Origin: a virus
Lineage: Duplodnaviria; Caudoviricetes
Length of the DNA stretch: 27,743 bases
IMG/VR virus record: IMGVR_UViG_3300020414_000298
Coordinates: 1 to 27,743 of that record
Reading direction: 5' to 3' (one strand)
The notes under the pieces are model-generated. The model searched no databases, was not told where the DNA came from, and saw only the letters and a program-made list of their open reading frames with translations. Position numbers and translations under genes: made by a program. Below are positions 9,861-16,473 of this stretch, one piece after another (within the stretch, counting starts at the first letter, position 1; the number at the start of each line of letters is the position of its first letter).

Positions 9861-11746
9861 TCAGGCAGCTTGGAGAGAACCAGCCACAGAAACACGCAGG
9901 GTGTCGGCACCCATCGCGAGTTTCCCGACCACAAGGTCACCTTGGTATTGGCGGAAAGTCCAAAATTTTCATTCTGGCCCAGACTATATCTTCATCCCAG
10001 AGGGATGCTGGACGCTAGTGGCGTATTACATGAGGAGCGCCTCATACCGCCTAGTCGTTGCACGTTCCTCTCACGCTTGAGAGGCTTCGCTCAGGATTGC
10101 CTTAGCTATATGCCTTAGGTTTCCCTGAATTCATCCAGTTGCACTTATACGTTGCCGCATAAGGACGCCTAATTGACGTTGAAATCACCAGAGGTGGTTT
10201 GGATCGAAGGAGCCACGGAGGTGAGAACACCCGCCGCTTCTCTATGAAACACCAATCCGGCAAGGTTGGTGTTGTTCACTGCGTAGTCATTGTTTTCACC
10301 AGTGACAGCAGCGTTGTTCGATGCAGTCTTGCCGTACTGGGCAGCCAGCACGTTGGACTTCAGGATTCGGATTCCGGCAATCTGGTAGATGCCGTCGCCC
10401 GTTGCAAGCGAACCGCCGGAAGCGCCAAGATCCCGAGACAGGATGTTGGTGTCCACAGACGAAATCAATTTGTAATCAGTTATTCCATTATTTCTAATGG
10501 CCCAGACTATATCATCATCCTTTAAGGATGCCGGACGCTATTGGTGTATTACATAGGACGCTTCCTAAACCACCTAGTCGTTGCACCTTCCTCACAAGAT
10601 CGTGTGAGGCTTGGATCAGGATTGCCGTAGGTTTTACCCCTTAGGTTTCCCTGAGTTCATCCGGTTATTCGATTGCCATTGCTGACAAAAGCAGCGTTAC
10701 TTTTAGTTCACTGAGTAGGGGAGAGCACGCAGACGCGGCCGTCCTGAGGAGCATTACGGGTATCGAGAGTTGCAGCAGCGGTGAACAGACCATCAACGAT
10801 TGCTTGTGCGTTGTTGGTGTTACCAGAACCGATGTTGACTTGGAAGCCACCAGGCTCACCAGTCACCACAGAGTTCTCGGTGGCAGCCTTACAAAGGACG
10901 CGACAAATGCGGTCGTCCATATGCAGCGCGAGGGCCTCGCCGATTTGTTTTGACAGCTCAGATCTCGTGTCAAATTGAGAAAGAACGCTGTCTAAATCGT
11001 AGGTAAATTGAGAACTAATGAGCAAATCATCCATCAGGATGGTCTTCTCATTTGCCTTCAGCGCGGTATCGCCCAGGATCGGTTGTCCGGGGGTGTGATC
11101 GTGTAAATCTGTACTTTCATACAGCACGGACTATATCTTCATTCGATGTGAATGTCGGACGCTAATGATGTATTACGCGAGACGCTTCTCGCACCATCTA
11201 GTCTCTGAACCTTCCCTTTAAGCGTAAAGGGCTTGGCTGCTGATTGCCATAGCCATGGCCTTAGGTTTCCAGCAGTTCATCCGATTTAAGCTGGGCGTCA
11301 AATCCACCCAGCGCTGAGCTTACCCGTCAGCAGGAATTGCTTGGACTTACCACCACGGAGGGTGTAGTTACGCACAAGACCTTGGAAGATCGTGGCGGAG
11401 TTGAAAGCGGTGAATACTTCCGTGTTATCCATACTTTCGTATGGCACTGACTATATCTTCATCCACATGGGATGCTGGGCGCTAATCATGTATTACGTTC
11501 CACGCTTGGAACACCATGTAGTCGATGCACCTTCCACCAGAGCGCTGGTGGCTTGGCTCAGGATTGCCATAGCATTAGCCGTAGGTTTCCCTGAGTTCAC
11601 CCAGTGTGCAACTGTCATTACTGACAGAGGCGGCAAAGTTATTTACCGGAGAAAAGCTTCAGAGCGGTTGCATACTTAGTTGCGTAAGTATTGCCCTGGT
11701 TACCATTCACGGCATTAGGCCGTGTAATGTTTGCCATGTTAGTCAT
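9861..11746 (-). CDS. Major capsid protein (T7 gp10-like), five exons: join(11746..11645, 11420..11306, 11099..10710, 10476..10176, 9951..9861), 332 aa
   Basis: Exons of 102+115+390+301+91 = 999 nt form one frame: MTNMANITRP...ALKLFSG|EVFTAFNSATIF...GKSKQFLLTGKLSAG|YHTPGQPILG...VCVLSPTQ|YYKLISSVDTN...TTSGDFNV|QYQGDLVVGKLAMGADTLRVSVAGSLQAA*. These are gp10-family motifs, and the gene lies between scaffold and tail tube A. An alternative start is at 11737. Confidence 0.93.
9952..10175 (-). ncRNA. Group I intron 4 of the capsid gene (224 nt, no ORF)
   Basis: 5' splice site AACGU|CAAUUAGGCGU (P1 ACGU/GCGU with U.G wobble). P3 CUGGAUG/CGUCCAG, P4 UUCAGG/CCUGAG, P7 GACUA/UAGUC, J8/7 AAGAUA, P9 GAAA loop. 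Ends ...UUUCCG|CCAAUAC, restoring V-Q-Y-Q-G-D. Confidence 0.92.
10477..10709 (-). ncRNA. Group I intron 3 of the capsid gene (233 nt, no ORF)
   Basis: 5' splice site CAGU|GAAC (P1 CAGU/GCUG; P10 GUAA/UUAC). P3 CCGGAUG/CGUCCGG, P7 GACUA/UAGUC, P9 CCAUUA-GAAA-UAAUGG. Ends ...AACUG|AUUACAAA, restoring Q-Y-Y-K-L. Confidence 0.92.
11100..11305 (-). ncRNA. Group I intron 2 of the capsid gene (206 nt, no ORF, no P2)
   Basis: 5' splice site GCUGGGU|GGAUUUGACGCCCAGC (7-bp P1 with U.G). P3 UCGGAUG/CGUCCGA, P4 CUGCUG/CAGCAG, P7 GACUA/UAGUC, P9 CUGUAU-GAAA-GUACAG. Ends ...UACACG|AUCACACC, restoring G-Y-H-T-P-G. Confidence 0.93.
11421..11644 (-). ncRNA. Group I intron 1 of the capsid gene (224 nt, no ORF)
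   Basis: 5' splice site CCGGU|AAAUAACUUUGCCG (P1 CGGU/GCCG; P10 ACUUU/GAAGU). P2 CUGUCA-GUAA-UGACAG, P3 CUGGGUG/CGCCCAG, P4 CUCAGG/CCUGAG, P7 GACUA/UAGUC, P9 CCAUAC-GAAA-GUAUGG. Ends ...AACACG|GAAGUA, restoring F-S-G-E-V. Confidence 0.93.
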
Positions 11747-11796
11747 GGTTTTAATTAAATAAGAGGTTTATAAGTTTGCGAATCGATTCTAAGTTT

Positions 11797-11970
11797 TGTC
11801 TGTTTAGGGCCACAGACAGGGCACCGGCACCCTGAGAGTTGTCCACCGCAGTGGGCTCAAAGGGCAATCAGAAGGGGATCCGACTCTGAGGTGTCCCCTT
11901 CCTTTAGCTCTAGGCCCCCTATCCCTAGATCCTTAAACCGTTCTTCGGGATGGTCAATGTATAGGGGGTC
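11797..11970 (-). promoter_or_regulatory. Structured non-coding leader of the capsid gene (four consecutive hairpins)
   Basis: Inverted repeats at 11913-11922/11961-11970, 11871-11878/11894-11901 and 11797-11803/11812-11818, plus CCAC-UGCG-GUGG at 11843-11854. No ORF. Confidence 0.55.
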
Positions 11971-11999
11971 AGATACAAGGCCTCTGAGGGGGCCAGCGA

Positions 12000-12101
12000 T
12001 CAACGCTGTTTCAGGTATGCCACACCGCGATAGGTGAGCTTGGTCTGTTTCTCTGCAGCCTTTTGAAGACGGACTGCATGACGGATTTGAACTTCGGACA
12101 T
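12000..12101 (-). CDS. DUF4278-like small peptide (33 aa)
   Basis: MSEVQIRHAVRLQKAAEKQTKLTYRGVAYLKQR* carries the L-T-Y-R-G-V-x-Y signature. A GGAG Shine-Dalgarno lies just upstream. It is below the ORF-track size cutoff. Confidence 0.8.
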   Translation of the reverse strand: MSEVQIRHAVRLQKAAEKQTKLTYRGVAYLKQR

Positions 12102-12111
12102 GAGTAACTCC

Positions 12112-12170
12112 ACAAGACCTAGGCCGCGTTCCATGCCTAAGCAGACCCGTCCCTGAAAAGGGATGAACGT
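12112..12170 (-). ncRNA. Glutamine-II (Downstream-peptide) riboswitch
   Basis: Minus strand CGUUC-AUCCC-UUUUCA-GGGACG...CUUAGGC-AUG-GAACG-CG-GCCUAGG gives P1 CGUUC/GAACG, P2 UCCC/GGGA and pseudoknot CUUAGGC/GCCUAGG. It sits directly 5' of a YRG peptide, the known context of this motif in marine cyanobacteria and cyanophages. Confidence 0.8.
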
Positions 12171-12180
12171 ACTGGAGTTA

Positions 12181-12534
12181 TCAGAAGCCCCACTTAATGC
12201 CAGCCTTCAGGCCGACAGCAGGATCACCTGAGGTCGTAGCACCTGCCACTTCCCCATAGACGGATGCAGAAGAGCTGACAGCCACGGAGCCGCCAACCTT
12301 GCCACTGAGTTCGGTAGAGCCGTCTCCACCATCTGGAGCAACCACACTGGGACCACCCTGGACATACCAGGAATAGGCACCTGAGGAGCCTTCATAGCCA
12401 ACATGGATGTCTGTAATGGTCGAGCCCAGGTCTCCGCCTGAGTACGACTGGTTGGCTTCTACGTTTACGAAGGGTGCGGCGTGTGCGCCGTGGGCGGCTC
12501 CCAGGAGGAGACCAGCAATAACAATGGATTTCAT
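12181..12534 (-). CDS. Cyanophage outer-membrane-protein-like small beta-barrel protein
   Basis: 117 aa with a signal peptide (MKSIVIAGLLLGAAHGAHA), amphipathic beta-strands (HVGYEG, WYVQGGP, VYGEV) and a C-terminal Phe (GIKWGF). Confidence 0.65.
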   Translation of the reverse strand: MKSIVIAGLLLGAAHGAHAAPFVNVEANQSYSGGDLGSTITDIHVGYEGSSGAYSWYVQGGPSVVAPDGGDGSTELSGKVGGSVAVSSSASVYGEVAGATTSGDPAVGLKAGIKWGF

Positions 12535-12540
12535 AATGGA

Positions 12541-13371
12541 TTAAAGAAGATCGTTGCTCACCGCAAGTCGGGCTTCGACATCAGCGCGGAAAGCTGGATC
12601 GGTGTTGTAATTGGGATTGGCAATATCGCGAGCAAGCTCGGCATTGCTTCGGTACGGCTGAACGCCTGAGCTGGCTTTCTGTCCGCTGATAAGCGGAGCT
12701 TCATAGCCAACGTCGCCACGGAAGCGATTGTTCAGCGCCTCTACTGCAAAGCGAATTGCAGCAGGGTTGTTGGTTGCAGTAACTGCATTGAAGTTTTCGA
12801 TCTCGGTCTGATCAAGGTTCTGACCAGCCCAAGAGATCATCTCCGTATAGGCCTCTTCGCCACCAATCGATTGCTTAATATCGGCAATGGCTGACTCTTG
12901 AAGCTGGGCTTGCTGAGCAGTGGCTTGAGACTGTTGATAATACTGAAGGTAACTTTTGATGAGATCTTTTTGATCCATCTGCGCGAGTCGCTCGACAGCT
13001 TCGTCAGAGATGGAGCCCGTCTCATCGAACTCTTTACCGAGCTGCTGCATGTAGTCAACAGTCTCGTTAGTTTCCTCAGGCTCGGGCTGTTCATCAACGG
13101 TCTCCTCAGCTTCAGTGGTTTCTTCAGTGTTCTCTTGGCCTAGTTTCTTCTCAAGCTCTTTGTATGCTTTGAGTAGATCCTCGCTAGATTTGAACTTGCC
13201 ATCAATAAGACCGACGCCTTCATTCTCAGCATCTGTCTGTTCAAACTGACGAGCTTTGTCTTCAGCTTCTGCCTGTGCAATGCGCTCGCCTTGAGCAAGA
13301 GCCTTGGCTTCAGCAGCCTGTTGCTCAGGAGTGAGACCGTCAGAGGTGGTATCAAATGTGGATGTGGTCAT
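12541..13371 (-). CDS. Capsid assembly scaffolding protein (T7 gp9-like)
   Basis: 276 aa, acidic, with GKFKSSEDLLKAYKELEKKLG, GGEEAYTEMISWA and YNTDPAFRADVEARL motifs. Confidence 0.92.
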   Translation of the reverse strand: MTTSTFDTTSDGLTPEQQAAEAKALAQGERIAQAEAEDKARQFEQTDAENEGVGLIDGKFKSSEDLLKAYKELEKKLGQENTEETTEAEETVDEQPEPEETNETVDYMQQLGKEFDETGSISDEAVERLAQMDQKDLIKSYLQYYQQSQATAQQAQLQESAIADIKQSIGGEEAYTEMISWAGQNLDQTEIENFNAVTATNNPAAIRFAVEALNNRFRGDVGYEAPLISGQKASSGVQPYRSNAELARDIANPNYNTDPAFRADVEARLAVSNDLL

Positions 13372-13629
13372 TTAGAACTCAGTTACGGTGATGTCGCCAA
13401 AGCCAGCACTGCGGATCTTTGGCTTGATTGAATACTTGCCAGCACCACCATCACTGGTGCCGGTGACTTTCTTCTGGACTCCGTACTTAATGTCTTTGTC
13501 CAGACCAGCTTCAATTTCGGTGGGCTCCCAAGCCTGTTGAGTTTCGGGAGCGCCTTCATTGCCTTTGAATTCGCCCTTAGGCGTCCGTGCCCGGCGGCGG
13601 CTCGGTTTCTTCGGTTCCTGATTGTCCAT
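13372..13629 (-). CDS. Hypothetical protein
   Basis: 85 aa. It overlaps the portal 3' end, and its stop abuts the scaffold ATG. Confidence 0.65.
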   Translation of the reverse strand: MDNQEPKKPSRRRARTPKGEFKGNEGAPETQQAWEPTEIEAGLDKDIKYGVQKKVTGTSDGGAGKYSIKPKIRSAGFGDITVTEF

Positions 13630-15211
13630 CTACAAGTTGTTCTGTCATACGTTCGCCAACAGGACTCTTGGCGAGTTGCCCGATTTGTCCGATGACTTGT
13701 GCTTGTGCAGCCTGCTGTTGTGCCTGCTGCTGTTCTTGTGCTAGCTGCTCTTCAGTCTTGACGAGACCAAGTGATTCAATACCACTTGCAGCCGCTAGTC
13801 GTTTAATAAATTCAGTTGGATTGATATAGCGAGCAAGAGCTTCGGGACCCATGGTCTGTGCCAAGGTTCCTACGAATTCCATCAGTGCTTGACGATCCTG
13901 CCCACGTCCAACGCCGTTAAGACCGGCGACGATGGTAGGCATCACCAAACCTTTAGGAAGCGCAGGCAACAGCTTCTGTCGCCGCATCAGTTGCATCTTC
14001 CGTGTGAGGTAAGGAAGCAACAGAGTGGTGGTGAGATTGCCGTAGATTCCCGCCAACTGCTGAGACAACTCATTTTGGACGGCATTGACCTCAGCTGCCG
14101 TGGTGCGCTCACTATCACGCACCTCAAGGATGAGGAACGCTTGAGACAAACGTTGCGTCAGATTGGCGATCATGTCTTGGACTGTTTTAAAGTCCGCTGT
14201 CTTCCCTCCTGTTGTAACCACCGACACATCGTCGGCGCGTCCCTGGATAATGCTGCCGTTAGCACTATTAGCCAGAGATTGTGGCTTGGTAGTAGAGCTA
14301 GGTGATACAAGAAACACAACCTTTGAGGCTGCTGCTGTGCCTTCTACAAGAGACTTCATCAGTCCCTCAAGGCTTACAAGATCACCGTAAAACTCTTCCA
14401 CGCGGCCTCGGCCGTAGCTCTCACCGTCAACACGGGAAAAAGTCAGTGGAAGCCAAGGGCTTGTATTGACTGGACTCGATGAACGAGAGCCAGGAATTTC
14501 TTTACCGTCGCACTCTTGATACCAGCGATGCTGTCCATCTTTGAGTTCGACGTGGGTAAGGACAACAGCATCATCTGTCTTGCCCTTGTTAGATCTGTTG
14601 GGGACACCCATTTTGGGGCCGTCCTCACCAGGCGCATTTACATTCTCATCAGGAGCTGCAGCTTGGAATTGCTTTGGAAGCATTTCCCTGTCAACAATCT
14701 CCTTAGTAATGATTTCAGTTACGTTGCCATCGCCATCACGGCAGACGACATAGCGGTCAAGAGGATAAACCTTCAGAGCTTTCTTCCCTTGGTAGATAAG
14801 GCAGTTGCCTGTCACTACCAGATGCTTCATAGCGTTATGCAGAGCCACACGATCATTAGATTCATTGACTTGCTGCATGATGATCCTCTCCATTTTATTT
14901 AGAGAGAGATCAATTTCAGAACGGACAGCATCATCGACGCCAGGAAGCTGGCTTAGTTCGCCGTCGTTGATCTGAAGCTTAAAGAAGGGTACGTTGATGG
15001 GGAAGAGTGCAATCAGCAATTTACTGCTGAGCACATTCGCTGAGCGGGCTCCTGTTGATTGATAAGGGGAATGCAAAGTTCCACCCTGCTCAAGACCATC
15101 CTCAGTGAGGAGGTAAGGCAGGGTAAGAACTGCACAACGTCGCCCCATATCCAGGAACTGTTGCCTCTCCGCTTCCAGACGCATTAAGCGCCCATACACA
15201 GAGCTTTTCAT
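13577..15211 (-). CDS. Head-to-tail connector (portal, T7 gp8-like)
   Basis: 544 aa with LTLPYL, YQSTGARSANVLSSKL, GESYGRGRVEE, RDSERTTAAEV and GVGRGQD motifs. Confidence 0.95.
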   Translation of the reverse strand: MKSSVYGRLMRLEAERQQFLDMGRRCAVLTLPYLLTEDGLEQGGTLHSPYQSTGARSANVLSSKLLIALFPINVPFFKLQINDGELSQLPGVDDAVRSEIDLSLNKMERIIMQQVNESNDRVALHNAMKHLVVTGNCLIYQGKKALKVYPLDRYVVCRDGDGNVTEIITKEIVDREMLPKQFQAAAPDENVNAPGEDGPKMGVPNRSNKGKTDDAVVLTHVELKDGQHRWYQECDGKEIPGSRSSSPVNTSPWLPLTFSRVDGESYGRGRVEEFYGDLVSLEGLMKSLVEGTAAASKVVFLVSPSSTTKPQSLANSANGSIIQGRADDVSVVTTGGKTADFKTVQDMIANLTQRLSQAFLILEVRDSERTTAAEVNAVQNELSQQLAGIYGNLTTTLLLPYLTRKMQLMRRQKLLPALPKGLVMPTIVAGLNGVGRGQDRQALMEFVGTLAQTMGPEALARYINPTEFIKRLAAASGIESLGLVKTEEQLAQEQQQAQQQAAQAQVIGQIGQLAKSPVGERMTEQLVDGQSGTEETEPPPGTDA

Positions 15212-15214
15212 TTA

Positions 15215-15580
15215 TCAGGTAGGGATATTGAGGCCAGTAGATCCAGTGCCGCCTGTGGCCGTAGCACCCAACTTTTTAGACAGAGGGATGCGCAGAGCGC
15301 TAGCCCCTTTGGATGCTTGCTGCAATTCCTTTCGTTTGGACTTGCGCTTCTTAACGATCGGCTGATCAGTGGATTGACCGTCAACCTGCACAGGTGGCGG
15401 AGCCGTCTGATTCATGTTGATTGGAGCAGGCGGGGGAGCTGGGGCTACAGGTGCTGCCTGCATAGGCTGCACGGGAGCAACTGGGGGCGGGGGCGGTGCC
15501 TGCTGAGGAGTAGGCAAAGGCTCTGGAGTAGGCAGAGGCTCTGGCTCTGGGATTTTTGGTGCTTTAGGAGCGCTACACAT
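15215..15580 (-). CDS. Proline-rich virion assembly protein (T7 gp6.7/gp7.3-like position)
   Basis: 121 aa. MC start, Pro-rich N-terminal half, basic C-terminus KGASALRIPL...GLNIPT. It lies just before the portal. Confidence 0.6.
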   Translation of the reverse strand: MCSAPKAPKIPEPEPLPTPEPLPTPQQAPPPPPVAPVQPMQAAPVAPAPPPAPINMNQTAPPPVQVDGQSTDQPIVKKRKSKRKELQQASKGASALRIPLSKKLGATATGGTGSTGLNIPT

Positions 15581-15761
15581 TGTCTAATTTCGCCAATAGA
15601 TAATCGACAACACTGCGTTGACCAGATCGATACATGATTCGAGCAATGTCATCTTTGGGGTTTGGTGTGAATTGTGGATACATTGCATCTAGCTCTTCGA
15701 TCAATTTCTTGATTGGCTCTTCGCCACGGAAGATTTCAGAATGCGTTAGCTCATCAGGCAT
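15573..15761 (-). CDS. Conserved hypothetical podovirus protein
   Basis: 62 aa with IMYRSGQRSVVDYL motif. It overlaps both neighbours by a few bases. Confidence 0.7.
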   Translation of the reverse strand: MPDELTHSEIFRGEEPIKKLIEELDAMYPQFTPNPKDDIARIMYRSGQRSVVDYLLAKLDNV

Positions 15762-16473
15762 ATTGCGGGAGGTCGTTGTTGTTGGTCTCGAAGAACGCAG
15801 GCATAACGCTGCGGCGGGTGGCTCCCAAATCGTCAGCCTTGCCTCTGGTGTAGAGGTTGTCGGACTGACGGAGCCAGAAGTCTTTGTTGAGGTACTTGTT
15901 ATCAGAGGTGCCCAGCAAATCCATAGCCCAGTGAACAGTCGCCTTGCGAAGTTTGTTCAGGTTGGGAGTGGACTTCAGACCAAGATCATGAGCAACCATT
16001 GCATGAATCGCAACATGAGTCTGCTCATCTCGGGACACATCGCTGGAAAGGTTAATCAATCCAGCATCGCCCGTGAACCTGTAGAACGGTAAGAGAACGA
16101 AGAAAACTGAACGTTCAAGGATTGCAGTCTTCAGGATCGGATGCTCGGGTGCCTCAAGCCATGCCTTGCGGATCATGACAGCTTCACGCTCAGCCTTCTC
16201 ATCAACACCGTGGGCGTCGACGACATATTGAAAGCCGAGATCATGCTTATCTTCATCGAGCATGTTGGATTGAAGGGCTGGGATCACACCTGGATCATCA
16301 GGTAGATCTTTTTCCAGCCCTTGCTGCAACATCTCTTTGACGGGCAACTCAAGTGTGCGCAGGGCGAGGCACCGCTTCATGGTCTCATCAGACCCCTCAG
16401 CGAATGCCCCTTTCGTTACCTGGAGTGGAGTCCAAGAACGTTTCTTTTGAACAATTTTAGTGTAAGCAGACAT
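15754..16473 (-). CDS. nrdB: Ribonucleotide reductase class I beta subunit (small ferritin-like)
   Basis: 239 aa with di-metal ligand pattern TLE, DEDKH, ILE and DEQTH, and a C-terminal FFE...Y. It is coupled to the alpha subunit gene. Confidence 0.75.
   Translation of the reverse strand: MSAYTKIVQKKRSWTPLQVTKGAFAEGSDETMKRCLALRTLELPVKEMLQQGLEKDLPDDPGVIPALQSNMLDEDKHDLGFQYVVDAHGVDEKAEREAVMIRKAWLEAPEHPILKTAILERSVFFVLLPFYRFTGDAGLINLSSDVSRDEQTHVAIHAMVAHDLGLKSTPNLNKLRKATVHWAMDLLGTSDNKYLNKDFWLRQSDNLYTRGKADDLGATRRSVMPAFFETNNNDLPQYA

Noticed and set aside
9804-9900. T7 gp10B-type frameshift extension of the capsid
   Set aside because: Only 57 nt separate the capsid stop from tail tube A, occupied by a hairpin. 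No slippery site is evident.
9228-10118. Plus-strand ORFs such as 9493..10080 (195 aa) and 9228..9683, and the other plus-strand track ORFs
   Set aside because: They are antisense shadows of well-supported minus-strand genes or introns, with no recognisable motifs.
10169-11127. Track ORFs 10169..10468 and 10708..11127 as separate genes, or a capsid pseudogene
   Set aside because: They are exons 4 and 3 with intron-derived ends. Splicing restores one uninterrupted frame.
9952-11644. Four recurring blocks (e.g. gactatatc, taggtttcc, gattgcc) read as a CRISPR array or tandem repeat
   Set aside because: The units are 200+ nt, diverged with compensatory pairing, and separated by capsid-coding exons. 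No cas genes are present.
9952-11644. Intron-encoded homing endonucleases, inteins or group II introns
   Set aside because: The inserts are too short and contain immediate stops. They have group I P7/terminal-G signatures and no reverse transcriptase or domain V.
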